Shown here one piece after another: positions 1-10,105 of a DNA stretch of 64,000 nt (its first letter is position 1; every line of letters begins with the position of its first letter). The notes under the pieces are model-generated. The model made no database searches and was not told the origin of the DNA. It was given only the letters and a program-made list of their open reading frames with translations. The translations under genes were made by a program, and so were the position numbers. Source of the DNA: Balneolaceae bacterium (lineage in GTDB: Bacteria; Bacteroidota; Rhodothermia; Balneolales; Balneolaceae); assembly GCA_020832415.1 (NCBI GenBank), contig JAFIES010000115.1, positions 1,189-65,188 of the forward strand, given 5' to 3'.

Positions 1-1986
1 TACCGGTTGTTGAGCAAACATAGATCGTTTACCGTCTTTTTTATACCATTTTTCATTACCGATAATTGACAAGTAACCATCTTTATGAGTGAGATCGGTC
101 AGAAAGTCCATCGATTCCAAAGCAACTGCTTTGATTTCATCGTCATCTGATATTTCGGCAGCATGTAAAAGTGCAAGGGGCAAAAGGCCGTTGTCATACG
201 TGAGTATTGGCTCAAACCAACTCCAGCCGGGAGAGCTGTTTTTTTTATAATGACCAATTAATTTTCCGGCAAGATTTCTTAAAACCTTAATCATTGACTC
301 ATCCGAGGGATTCTCTTTCAGGTAATAGCTGATCCCTAACATTGTATTAGCGATGGCTCGTATGGATTTAATCTTTTCAAAATGCGGGGAAGCCTCAAAG
401 AAAATAAGTTTTCCTGTCTGGCAATAAGAATCATTAGGGGCATTGCCAATCAAATACCCAAGCGCCCAGATAGCTCTTCCAAATGAATCCTCCGAACCAA
501 CCTCATCAAGAAAGTTTCGCTCAAAGTTCATAAAATTCCTGAATGTTCCGTCTATGTTCTGCATATAATGAATATAGCTCAGGTATACCGGTGCTAATTT
601 TAGTGCAACCGTATCTTTCTTTTGTCTGTATGCCATAAGTACCAACAGCAGAGCACGGGCATTATCATCAAGACAATAGCCTTCTTTCAGGTAGGGAATA
701 CTGAATCTTGCATGCTGAATTATACCGGTATCATCCGTCAGGCGTATTATATGGTTCAAAGAAAATGGCGGCAGTAAAAGCGGATCAATTAACGTTTCGG
801 TCTTCGCACGAACTTCAGGCACACTTGATTTAATTTGTTTGACAAGTGTAATGTATTTGCCACCGGATTTCGCCCAGGTTGTTGTTTTGCCGTATTCACG
901 GGCTTTTTTTCTGATTTTCTTTAATTCTTTGGGATTATCCAGCAAGTCCAGCAGAATCTTTGAAAGTCCTTCGGAATCACTAAAGTTAAAAAACCGTCCC
1001 CGACCCTCATCCAGTAACTCCGATGCATGCCAGTACGGTGTTGAAATAACCGCCGAACCTACGCCAACTGCATAAGAGAGAGTTCCGCTCGTAATCTGTG
1101 CTTCATTCAGATAAGGGGTAATGTATATATCGCAGGCCGATAAATATTTAAACAGTTCTGTTTGATCAATAAATTCATTTATAAAAATGACATGATTTTC
1201 AAGGCCAAGCGTATTTACCAATTGATGAAGATAGTCGCGATATTCTTCGCCGGAATAACGAACCACATTTGGATGCGTCTTTCCCAGAACGATGTATAAC
1301 AGATCCGGATGTTTTTTTATTAACGCGGGTAAAGCATTAATTACGGTTTCAATTCCCTTATTCCGGCTGAGAATTCCAAAGGTGAGCAGCACCTTTTTAT
1401 GTTCGAGTTTAAATTCCTTTCTGGATTGCTCTTTATCAACCTGGATATCGGGAACACCATGTTCAATGATTGAAATCTTTTCTTCATCTGCGTCATAGAT
1501 CTCTGTCAGAAGCTCAATGGCTTTGTGGCTCATCACAACCACTTTTTGAGCCATTTTGCAGATTTTACTCAGTACTACCTTCTCGTTGTAGGAAGGATCT
1601 TTTACAATCGTATGAAGCGTTACGATGAGCGGAATTTCAAGACGATGAATCAACGGAAGGATATACAAACCGTTCTGACCCCCGAATATCCCGAACTCGT
1701 GTTGAATGATACAAACATCGGCGCCACTCAGATTGATAAACGTTGCCGCTTCCAGGTAATCACGCTGATGTTCCTGCCTGATGGTCAGTTTTACTTCTTC
1801 CGGATAATTATAGATCTGGCCATGATCATTCATAGCCACAATAAACCCGTCAACGTTTTCCTCACTGGCCTTATAGCCGTTTGTCGGTTGAGCAGGATTA
1901 GTTACCATCGACTGGTAAAGGTTTTGAGTAAACGTTGCAATACCACATTCGCGGGGAGGGTATGTTCCTATATAGGCAATTTTCAT
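1..1986 (-). CDS. Family 4 (GT-B, group 1) glycosyltransferase fused to a C-terminal helical domain. Partial: the 3' end runs off the window and 662 codons are visible.
   Basis: The supplied track omits it because there is no in-window stop. The reverse complement from the ATG at 1986-1984 reads MKIAYIGTYPPRECGIATFTQN... It contains IIQHEFGIFGG and AVISTPYWHAS blocks typical of GT4 enzymes. The frame stays open to base 1 (...GNEKWYKKDGKRSMFAQQPV). Plus-strand ORFs 839-1075, 1292-1498 and 1525-1992 are antisense shadows. Confidence 0.8.
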   Translation of the reverse strand, partial: MKIAYIGTYPPRECGIATFTQNLYQSMVTNPAQPTNGYKASEENVDGFIVAMNDHGQIYNYPEEVKLTIRQEHQRDYLEAATFINLSGADVCIIQHEFGIFGGQNGLYILPLIHRLEIPLIVTLHTIVKDPSYNEKVVLSKICKMAQKVVVMSHKAIELLTEIYDADEEKISIIEHGVPDIQVDKEQSRKEFKLEHKKVLLTFGILSRNKGIETVINALPALIKKHPDLLYIVLGKTHPNVVRYSGEEYRDYLHQLVNTLGLENHVIFINEFIDQTELFKYLSACDIYITPYLNEAQITSGTLSYAVGVGSAVISTPYWHASELLDEGRGRFFNFSDSEGLSKILLDLLDNPKELKKIRKKAREYGKTTTWAKSGGKYITLVKQIKSSVPEVRAKTETLIDPLLLPPFSLNHIIRLTDDTGIIQHARFSIPYLKEGYCLDDNARALLLVLMAYRQKKDTVALKLAPVYLSYIHYMQNIDGTFRNFMNFERNFLDEVGSEDSFGRAIWALGYLIGNAPNDSYCQTGKLIFFEASPHFEKIKSIRAIANTMLGISYYLKENPSDESMIKVLRNLAGKLIGHYKKNSSPGWSWFEPILTYDNGLLPLALLHAAEISDDDEIKAVALESMDFLTDLTHKDGYLSIIGNEKWYKKDGKRSMFAQQPV

Positions 1987-2617
1987 TTTTAGGTACCTTG
2001 ATGTTACTATACATCTGTTTTTATTATCCCTGACCGCTATCTTTTATCCCTTTACAGCGGCTCAGTGTTTCTGCTGCCCGGTAATCAATATTGATGATCA
2101 GCAGGCATTCCAAACCCGTCAACTTTAATAGTCCTCACGGCAGTTCTCTGTATGATCTGTGATTGGGCGTTGAAAACCGTTAGAGAATACCCGCTTAAAA
2201 AGGGTTCTGATATTCGTTTACCTGCTTGAGCAGAATTGAAGAACAAAACTTTAACCGGCATAAATAACAGGGGTAAACCTGTACTTGCCTGAATGATCCA
2301 TATTAGTAGGCTGGCCCTGAATTTTCTTATCACTGTAATCCGGGTTAAAAAGCTTGATGACCCTTAAAACTAATGAAATAGAATGAGTACCGATTTACAC
2401 TATCTTAAATAAGATTTACACATTTCAAATATTGATTATCAACCTGAATGAATGCCTGAGCAGCGCAGGCGGAGTCCGGGATATTACATTCATGAGATTA
2501 ACCATTTAAAAAAGCCTGTAAAACAAAAGCCTCCACCTTCATTACAAAACAAAGGAAAGAGGCTCTATTACAAAATTTATATCCGCTTAGGGGGTACCCG
2601 AAGCAAAACTAACATTT

Positions 2618-3061
2618 TTATAACAACAGAAGTATGATAATAATCAGCAACAATGTTGTAGCGCCAATGGTGATGGTTCGATTCGCTTGTTCCATGAAAT
2701 CCTGAGAGAAATTGGAGAAGTCGTCCAGGTCTTCATCCAGAATTTCATCAAACCCATCCAGCCCGTTTAACTCATTCTGTTTTTCTGAGATGTCACTTCT
2801 GAAAGAACTTAGCTGAGCGCTTTCATCTTCAGTTAAATCAGTCATTGATTCAATGCGATCTATTGCAACGATCATTTTGGAAAACGATTCATTCAGAATC
2901 ATTCGTTTTTCATCTGCATCGTCTGTTTGGTGCACCTGCTGAACGGTTTCATTAAAATGTTTTTTAAACGTTTCAGTGATGTTTGTTGATTGAGCTATAG
3001 CCACCGATTGAATGGCAAAAAGAAGAATCAATGAGGGGATAATTAGGCGTAAAGATTTCAT
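2618..3061 (-). CDS. Hypothetical exported protein with a C-terminal hydrophobic anchor
   Basis: There is an N-terminal signal peptide (MKSLRLIIPSLILLFAIQSVAIAQS), an acidic helical middle region and a C-terminal TM tail (TTLLLIIIILLLL). I recognise no family. Confidence 0.55.
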   Translation of the reverse strand: MKSLRLIIPSLILLFAIQSVAIAQSTNITETFKKHFNETVQQVHQTDDADEKRMILNESFSKMIVAIDRIESMTDLTEDESAQLSSFRSDISEKQNELNGLDGFDEILDEDLDDFSNFSQDFMEQANRTITIGATTLLLIIIILLLL

Positions 3062-3299
3062 TTTGTACCTGGTTATTATTTGGGATTAAATTATTTATAG
3101 CTTTAACCCGATTCAGTTAAAATGATAAATACTTTGTTTGTTAATATGTAAATAGAAGAGAAAAGAGGCGTTACACATTAAAACTTCTGTGTTGCATAAG
3201 TCACAGATTTAGAGAGGGAATCCATGGTTTTTGAACGTCACATCAATTGTTTGAACCGCAAACAGTTATCAATCAAGTTTGAGGAATATCCTTGCAGAT

Positions 3300-3743
3300 T
3301 TAATTTGCAGAAGCGGAATCTTCAAAGAATGCATTTAAGGAACTGCCAACGTTGTCTATTTTTACTGAAAAATCTTCTTTGAATTGATCCCAGTTATGCC
3401 TGCTTAAATCGCTGTAGTTATTGATCGTTCGTCTCAACTCCCTGTTTTCTGCTTCAAGTTCTATAATTCTGGCTTCGTTAATTATCCCTGATGTACCATC
3501 ATTCCCGGTTATCCTTCTTTTTATAGTAGCGATGGATCGATTATGACCTCTGATTTTTCCGGCCATTTCAATTCTAAAGGTTTGAATTTCGGCTGCCACT
3601 TCATCTCGGGAAATATTTAAATCTCTGTCTGCTTCCATTTCTGAAATTTCGGCTTGCTCCCGGTTTTGAGATAATCTGTCACAATTTGAGAATAGTAATG
3701 GAGAAATGATGAGTACTGCAATGATAATGGGGCTGTTTTTCAT
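3300..3743 (-). CDS. Hypothetical lipoprotein, coiled-coil-like
   Basis: The signal ends in a lipobox-like LLFSNC. The rest is charged and heptad-like (REQAEISEMEADRDLN..., ELEAENRELRR). Confidence 0.55.
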   Translation of the reverse strand: MKNSPIIIAVLIISPLLFSNCDRLSQNREQAEISEMEADRDLNISRDEVAAEIQTFRIEMAGKIRGHNRSIATIKRRITGNDGTSGIINEARIIELEAENRELRRTINNYSDLSRHNWDQFKEDFSVKIDNVGSSLNAFFEDSASAN

Positions 3744-4024
3744 GAGATCAATTGGTTAAAAAGAATCTCCGAAGAATTACATGGCCAAATGTTACAGTTT
3801 GTCACTTATGTGTTGCAGATATCACTGTTGCCTTAGGTTCAGGGCTCTTTTTTGGTATCATTCATTTCCAACAGGTTAGACTATATTTTTCTCTTATCTA
3901 CCTTGTAAAGAGTGAAGTTTCCGGATGTCAGAAATTTGGACTGAAATGCTATAATCCTATGTGGTACATTACCTGTTGGTAAGAGAGTTAAAATTCATAA
4001 GAAATCAATAAATCGGAGAATGTT

Positions 4025-5941
4025 ATGCAAGCAGATGAATTTTCAAGCTTCAAAACCGCTATTAATTATACCTTATCCTATCAAGCAAAGCTTAGTTATA
4101 TATTAATAACATCAGTTTTGATGATATTTTTGATGTTTGCTGGATTAAATTTGGCAGAAGCCAATCCGCAAAACAAAGAAGTTTTGATGCAATCGGATTT
4201 GATCATCAATACATTCGCCCGGCAAACAACCAACCTTGATGGAACCTGGGATATAATCATCGATCCCTATCAAACCGGATATTACGACTACAGGTACCAG
4301 CCAAACCCAAATGGCTATTTCAGGAACAGAAGTAACGTTGAACCGGATGATGCATGGGAATACAATTTTGAGCTGAGTGACAAACTTGAAGTTCCCGGCG
4401 ACTGGAATACACAGATGGAAAAACTGCACTGGTATGAAGGCACCATCTGGTACAAAAAGGATTTTCATTGGGAATTAGAAAGGGATAAGCGGGTATTCAT
4501 CTATTTTGGGGCGGTAAATTACGATGCAAGGGTCTGGATAAATGGCGAGTACGCCGGGAGACATATCGGGGGATTTACACCATTCAATTTCGAGGTTACC
4601 GATTTGATTCAGGATGGAGATAATTTTGTGGTTGTGATGGCAGATAATACCCGAAAACCGGAAGCCGTGCCAACGGTAGTTACAGACTGGGCGAATTATG
4701 GTGGCATTACGCGATCAGTTACGCTTATTGAAACAGAGCAGACCTTTGTTCAAGACTATTATATACAGCTTAATCAGGATAAGGATGATGAAATAATCGG
4801 GTGGGTCAGATTGAATGGAGATCAGCTCCGGCAGGAAGTTCACATCCACATACCTGAGGAAAATAGTGCACATACAGTACAAACAGATTCAGATGGGTTC
4901 GCATCGTTTACGTTTCCGGCTGAAGTAACGAGATGGTCAACAACCGACCCACGTCTTTATGATGTGAAAATTATAGCTGAAACGGATGAAATTACCGATC
5001 AGATTGGCTTTCGAACAATTGAAACAGCAGGAACGGATATTCTTCTGAATGGTAAACCTATCTTCCTACGGGGAGTAAATATTCATGAAGAAGCTCCTTA
5101 CCGAACCGGACGCGCGCACAGTTTAAATGATGCCCGTATTTTGCTTGATTGGGTAGAGGATATGGGAGCTAACTTTGTGCGACTATCACACTATCCGCAT
5201 AATGAGCATATGGTACGGGAGGCGGAGAGACGGGGAATTTTGGTTTGGTCGGAAATACCACTGTACTGGATGATTCAGTGGGATAATCCCGAAACGCTTG
5301 AAAATGCCCGCAATCAGCTATCTGAAATGATCCATCGTGATAAGAACCGGGCTGCTGTTATACTATGGGCAATGTCGAATGAGGCACCGGTAACGGATGC
5401 CCGGGTTCGATTTTTGCAAGAGATGATAAAGACAACCAAAGAATTAGACCCGTTTCGGCTTACAACCGCCGCACTTCAAAGCCGATGGATTGAAGAGGGG
5501 GAGAACATCACATTTATGATTGATGACCCCATTGGCGAGTATCTCGATGTTTTGGGAATCAACCAGTACTATGGCTGGTATGGTGGCGAAAATGCTCCAA
5601 TGGACCACTTAACATGGGCAACCATATATGATAAACCCCTGCTAATGAGTGAATTTGGTGCCGGAGCGAAACAGGGGTGGAATGTTCCCCCCGAACAGCG
5701 ATGGTCAGAAGAATTTCAGGCCGAGTTATACAGGCATACACTCGACATGTTTGATAAGATTGAATTTCTGAGCGGAACAGCTCCATGGATTTTGATGGAC
5801 TTCAGATCACCACGCCGACCTTTGCCGCATGTAAAGGATGGATTCAACCGGAAAGGCCTAGTATCAGAAACCGGAATCAGGAAAAAAGCTTTTGAAGTGA
5901 TGAAGGAATATTATGAACGAATCGAAAAATCTGAGGAGTAG
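4025..5941 (+). CDS. Glycoside hydrolase family 2 (beta-glucuronidase/beta-galactosidase-like)
   Basis: The 638-aa product has the GH2 layout. A sugar-binding N domain (WYKKDF, VNYDARVWINGEYAGRHIGGFTPF) precedes a TIM barrel. WAMSNEAP matches the acid/base Glu motif and LMSEFGAGA the nucleophile Glu motif. There is an N-terminal hydrophobic signal or anchor. Confidence 0.9.
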   Translation: MQADEFSSFKTAINYTLSYQAKLSYILITSVLMIFLMFAGLNLAEANPQNKEVLMQSDLIINTFARQTTNLDGTWDIIIDPYQTGYYDYRYQPNPNGYFRNRSNVEPDDAWEYNFELSDKLEVPGDWNTQMEKLHWYEGTIWYKKDFHWELERDKRVFIYFGAVNYDARVWINGEYAGRHIGGFTPFNFEVTDLIQDGDNFVVVMADNTRKPEAVPTVVTDWANYGGITRSVTLIETEQTFVQDYYIQLNQDKDDEIIGWVRLNGDQLRQEVHIHIPEENSAHTVQTDSDGFASFTFPAEVTRWSTTDPRLYDVKIIAETDEITDQIGFRTIETAGTDILLNGKPIFLRGVNIHEEAPYRTGRAHSLNDARILLDWVEDMGANFVRLSHYPHNEHMVREAERRGILVWSEIPLYWMIQWDNPETLENARNQLSEMIHRDKNRAAVILWAMSNEAPVTDARVRFLQEMIKTTKELDPFRLTTAALQSRWIEEGENITFMIDDPIGEYLDVLGINQYYGWYGGENAPMDHLTWATIYDKPLLMSEFGAGAKQGWNVPPEQRWSEEFQAELYRHTLDMFDKIEFLSGTAPWILMDFRSPRRPLPHVKDGFNRKGLVSETGIRKKAFEVMKEYYERIEKSEE

Positions 5942-6031
5942 TGAGTTTGGCGTTGTTGAGGGTAACCAATGATTATCAAATTCTTTCAATTTCTCACTGA
6001 AAATGGAAGGCTGTTAAATGAACAGGAAGAT

Positions 6032-6066
6032 AAAAAACCGCACTGCAGGATTGTATCCCGCAGTGC
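6032..6066 (-). terminator. Intrinsic terminator downstream of the M14 peptidase gene
   Basis: Hairpin 6040-6066 (gcactgcagga / tcccgcagtgc, 10 of 11 bp, 5-nt loop). It is followed on the minus strand by a T6 run (A-run 6032-6037 on the plus strand). Confidence 0.6.
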
Positions 6067-6077
6067 AGCCAATATAA

Positions 6078-8675
6078 TTAAGGCACACTGATGTGCTGCC
6101 CAAAGAAAATAGCGTTTAAAAACAGCTTATTGGTTCCGTACCAGTACCCCCAGAAATTGGGATTATCAGCAAAAAGGATGGTGCGTCCGCTGCCGAGACG
6201 ATCCACAACAATTGAGGCTGTATTGCTGATCTGTTCAAGATTCTGTTCAGAAACATACCCGCTTATGTGCGGCTCTGATGTGAATTGAGCAACAGTGCTA
6301 AAACTGTTTGAAGAGAGAGGCAGGATATTTGTATGGTCTCTGTAGACTGCCAGTGTACGATCGTGGTAACCAAAACCAAGCGGATGGGTAATGTCCAGAT
6401 CGGTTTCGAAAATGGCGCCGCCAATTCGCTGTGCTCCTTGTAAATTTTGAGCATCGGCAAAATCAATACGCTGTAGTTCGTTGTCAGAATCTGAACTGTT
6501 GTTAATTGATGAAAGGCTTGAATCACTTACCAATCCATTTGAAATAGCCCACTGTACGGCACTTTTGATGGCAATTACCGTTCCTCCATTTCTCACCCAG
6601 CGCTGGATGTTTTCGAGTTGATCATCGGTAACCCAGCTATAATTACCTGATACGAGAACGAGGGTGTTATAATCATTCAGATCGGCCCGGCCGAAATGGA
6701 GCCAGTCAATCTTCGTAATCGGCAGCTGAACTTTTGTATCCAGCAGATGCCATACCTGGCCCGCTTCGTTCGGATTGAAACCATGCCCCAGTGGCATTAG
6801 TACACGAGGTGCTTCAAGTGTGCGGAAATTACGGCTGCCCAGGTCGGAGCCTTCCAGGCTAAGCCCCGTTGATACCGACTGAAACCTCAGGCCGGTGAGT
6901 TTTTCGGCTTCTGTCACTACTCTGTGCAGCTCAGCCGGTGAGAGATCCTGAATGCTGACCGGCACGGAGATACTTCCGCGGGAGTAACTTTTTGGCCCCT
7001 CCGAGGTGTTTGCCGTAAACGGAACAAAGGAGACGGTTGTCTTCACACCATTTTTCTGAAGATGATAGAGTGCCTTCGGTGCATAGTAATCACTCCAGTC
7101 GAGCAGATAGGAGTAGCTGCTCTGCTCAACATGTTCGGTAATCTCACGGGTTTTATGCTCGGTGACCTGTTCACCCAGAGGCAAACTTCTGTCGGTTATT
7201 TCTGCATGAGGCAGACCATATCCCAGTGCAAGTGACCACGCCGTGGTACCATAAAACGTGCTGTCGGCAAACTCTTCTACCTTTTCAAAAACCGATCGAA
7301 CCATGCGGTACTGCGGCTGATTGGTTGGTACGATGTAGGAACTGTTCTGTTCAAACGTTTTGCCATCGTACTCTCTCGTTTCGGAGAGTTCATAGACCTC
7401 AAGCCGGTGCCGGAGCAGAAGGTTGAGCAGTTCTTCAGTTCGTGATTGATCGTACGAATCGCCAAATACATAACCCCGTACTGAATAGTTATTGGCCTCC
7501 TCAAGTGCTGATGTGAAAAAAGAGCGCTGATGATTCAAAAACAACTCTCTGTTCTCAACGGCTCCGCGTATTGTAGCGAGACTTGTCCTCAGCTGATTGC
7601 GGATTGCAAAAGGGAAAGTAAGAACGCCGGTATCACTATCCTGAATATGCCCTCTGGCACTTGCCTGTTCAAAAACCAGGCCCAGTCCGCCCTGAAAGTT
7701 TGGATAGGTGGAGCCGTATCCCGGATAAGTATTGTCAAAAACTTCTTTCGTGAAGTAGAGTGAGCCAATCTCATCCAGTGTTTCTGCGTAATATTCTGCT
7801 AACGTTTCAGTAAGAACGGTGTAGACTTCACGTGGCAGCAGCGGATTCTCAGAGCCGATCGGTTTGGTGGGTTCGAAGAAGTAGGTGCTGTTGGTTCCCA
7901 TTTCATGATAATCGGTGGTTATGTTGGGATACCATGTATGATGGAAATCAATCCTGGCCTTGCTTTCGGGGTGAACCAGCGGAAGCCAGTCTCGATTCAG
8001 ATCAAACCAGTAGTGGTTGGTCCGCCCGTTTGGCCAGCCCTCATTGTGCTCTCTGTCGAGAGGGTCTGATACGAGCGGATCACCTTTGTGCATGTTTGCC
8101 CAGTGTGTGTGGCGGTCTCTTCCGTCAGGATTCAGGGTCGGATCAATAAAAAACACACCTTCATTCAGATATTCGGTTACTTCATCACTGAGTGATGCCG
8201 TAAGATAATAGGCCGTGAGCATGGCTGTTTCGCTGGAGGATGTTTCGTTTCCATGAACTCCATAACCGAGATATACAATAATCGGCTGATTTTCATAATC
8301 ACCTGCAGGCTGTTGGGGATCCACAATCTTAATATGCTCCTCGCGAATCTGATCCAGGTTTGCATGATTTTCGGGCGAGGTGATCGTTAGGATTACCAGC
8401 GGACGATACCCATATGTCTGGCCGATCTCCTGATAGGTTACCCTGTCAGATAATAGCGCAAGTTCTTGAAAATAGGAAACAATACGATCGTACCGGGTAT
8501 GATGAGATCCTATATCATAACCAAGAAACTCTTTTGGAGAAGGAATTTCCGGGTTAAATTCTCCGGCATCCGGAAAATAGTAATTTTGTTGGGCAGCACT
8601 GTTGGGCACAGCAGTCAAAAATGCTATCAAAAGTGCAACAAAAAAGAGAGTAAAGTTTTTCACAGGAAGTTTCAT
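6078..8675 (-). CDS. Peptidase M14 (zinc carboxypeptidase-like), large Bacteroidota type with a C-terminal extra domain
   Basis: The 865-aa product has a signal peptide and an HxxE zinc motif in GYGVHGNETSSSE. Other M14-like blocks are FIDPTLNPDGRD and DYHEMG. It lies in the same orientation directly downstream of SusD/SusC. Confidence 0.88.
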   Translation of the reverse strand: MKLPVKNFTLFFVALLIAFLTAVPNSAAQQNYYFPDAGEFNPEIPSPKEFLGYDIGSHHTRYDRIVSYFQELALLSDRVTYQEIGQTYGYRPLVILTITSPENHANLDQIREEHIKIVDPQQPAGDYENQPIIVYLGYGVHGNETSSSETAMLTAYYLTASLSDEVTEYLNEGVFFIDPTLNPDGRDRHTHWANMHKGDPLVSDPLDREHNEGWPNGRTNHYWFDLNRDWLPLVHPESKARIDFHHTWYPNITTDYHEMGTNSTYFFEPTKPIGSENPLLPREVYTVLTETLAEYYAETLDEIGSLYFTKEVFDNTYPGYGSTYPNFQGGLGLVFEQASARGHIQDSDTGVLTFPFAIRNQLRTSLATIRGAVENRELFLNHQRSFFTSALEEANNYSVRGYVFGDSYDQSRTEELLNLLLRHRLEVYELSETREYDGKTFEQNSSYIVPTNQPQYRMVRSVFEKVEEFADSTFYGTTAWSLALGYGLPHAEITDRSLPLGEQVTEHKTREITEHVEQSSYSYLLDWSDYYAPKALYHLQKNGVKTTVSFVPFTANTSEGPKSYSRGSISVPVSIQDLSPAELHRVVTEAEKLTGLRFQSVSTGLSLEGSDLGSRNFRTLEAPRVLMPLGHGFNPNEAGQVWHLLDTKVQLPITKIDWLHFGRADLNDYNTLVLVSGNYSWVTDDQLENIQRWVRNGGTVIAIKSAVQWAISNGLVSDSSLSSINNSSDSDNELQRIDFADAQNLQGAQRIGGAIFETDLDITHPLGFGYHDRTLAVYRDHTNILPLSSNSFSTVAQFTSEPHISGYVSEQNLEQISNTASIVVDRLGSGRTILFADNPNFWGYWYGTNKLFLNAIFFGQHISVP

Positions 8676-8750
8676 TAAAGTTATAAGGTAGTTTTGGTTG
8701 ATGCCAGCGGCCTTGTCGTCTGGCCGCTGTTTATGGGTTGAATAATAAAG

Positions 8751-10085
8751 TTAATATCCTTCATTTTGAACAAGATCCGGGTCGGCATTTAAATCACTCA
8801 GAGGGATAGGGAGAACCCATCGGTTTCTGTCGGTAACTCCAAGTACATCGCCTGCCCGTTCAGTTCTCACAAGATCGAACCAGCGGTGGCCCTCAAGAGC
8901 AAACTCTAACCTTCTTTCGTTCTCAATTGCCAAGAGCAGCTCTTGTTGAGTAGATGGATTAATTTCTGCAACTCCGGCACGGGTCCGAACGGCATTCAGG
9001 TCTTCAGCTGACCCTGAAAGGTCATTGAGGTGTGCCCTCGCTTCAGATCGAATCAGGTATAATTCTGCGATTCTCAGAACATAAGCGGGATCATCACCGG
9101 TACTGCTTCGGAAATAGAGATTTCCGAAAGTAACACCATTTGCTTCTCCCACCAGTACATCCCGGTTCCCACCTGTTTCCGGATCTCTAACCAGGCTGAT
9201 CAACTCCTCTGTGGGCCTCCACTCTAGCCGTCCGCCAAGACTGGCCGGAAGGAAGTAGCCGTTATGGCCGTTACGGTTTGCATTATCATAGGCAAGTTCA
9301 AAAATTGACTCAATGGAGTTTTTATTTTGAATGAACTCCGAGTAAGGCTGAACAAGCTCATAACCCTGATGTTCAATAACCCGGGAAGAGTACTCTGCGG
9401 CCTGTTCCCACTCTTCAGTGTAGAGGTGAAGTCGCGCCCTTAGAGCATAAACCGTATGAAGTGTGGCGCGGTTACGATTTACCACATCCGGCAGAAGATT
9501 TTCCGCCAGCTGCAGATCGGCCAGCACCCGGGCATAGGTTTCCTGCAGGGAGCTGCGGCCAATTCCTGCTCCATCTTCGGGAGACCGGGTATAATCGAGT
9601 ATTAGAGGAACACCGCCCCAGGCTCTGGCTAAATCAAAATAGGCCAGTGCGCGGATAAAATATGCCTCGCCCTGGATTCGGTCTTTTTCAGACTGACTAA
9701 AAGCGGGATCATCAACTGATTGAACTTTCGCAATAATGTGGTTTGCACTGTTAATTGTTGAATAGATAGCGCTCCACGCACCTGAAACCGTTGAATTGTC
9801 AGCGGTTAACTGGTTAGCATCAAACTGCTGAAAGAAATTGAATGAACCACTCCATTCAACATTATCAGCCTGGAGATAGCCAATGGCCACATAATTCCGG
9901 CCGTAGTAATTGTTAGCTTGCAGCCTGCTGTATGTACCGGTAAGAGCGGCTTCTGCACTGGCTCTGTTAACAAATGCCTGGTCGTCAGTAATGTTCAGTT
10001 CAGGATTGTGATCCAGCACATCGCATGACCAAAGTACCGTTAAGGGTAGAAGTAATAGTGAAGTAATTAATTTTCTTGTTTTCAT
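8751..10085 (-). CDS. susD-like: SusD/RagB-family nutrient-binding outer-membrane lipoprotein
   Basis: It has a lipoprotein signal (LTVLWSCDVL) and TPR-like SusD blocks (RALAYFDLARAWGGVPL, AELYLIRSEA, RRLEFALEGHRWFDLVR). The C-terminal ...QNEGY is typical. It sits 20 nt downstream of a SusC gene. Confidence 0.93.
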   Translation of the reverse strand: MKTRKLITSLLLLPLTVLWSCDVLDHNPELNITDDQAFVNRASAEAALTGTYSRLQANNYYGRNYVAIGYLQADNVEWSGSFNFFQQFDANQLTADNSTVSGAWSAIYSTINSANHIIAKVQSVDDPAFSQSEKDRIQGEAYFIRALAYFDLARAWGGVPLILDYTRSPEDGAGIGRSSLQETYARVLADLQLAENLLPDVVNRNRATLHTVYALRARLHLYTEEWEQAAEYSSRVIEHQGYELVQPYSEFIQNKNSIESIFELAYDNANRNGHNGYFLPASLGGRLEWRPTEELISLVRDPETGGNRDVLVGEANGVTFGNLYFRSSTGDDPAYVLRIAELYLIRSEARAHLNDLSGSAEDLNAVRTRAGVAEINPSTQQELLLAIENERRLEFALEGHRWFDLVRTERAGDVLGVTDRNRWVLPIPLSDLNADPDLVQNEGY

Positions 10086-10105
10086 AATAAGGATGTTTAA
10101 AAGGT

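Noticed and set aside
839-1992. Plus-strand ORFs 839-1075, 1292-1498 and 1525-1992
   Set aside because: They are antisense to the edge-truncated GT4 gene, whose minus-strand frame is open for 662 codons with recognisable GT4 motifs.
2085-2333. 82-aa minus-strand ORF upstream of the GT4 gene
   Set aside because: It has no recognisable family or signal and sits in a region with mixed coding signal. It could be real, but I cannot support it.
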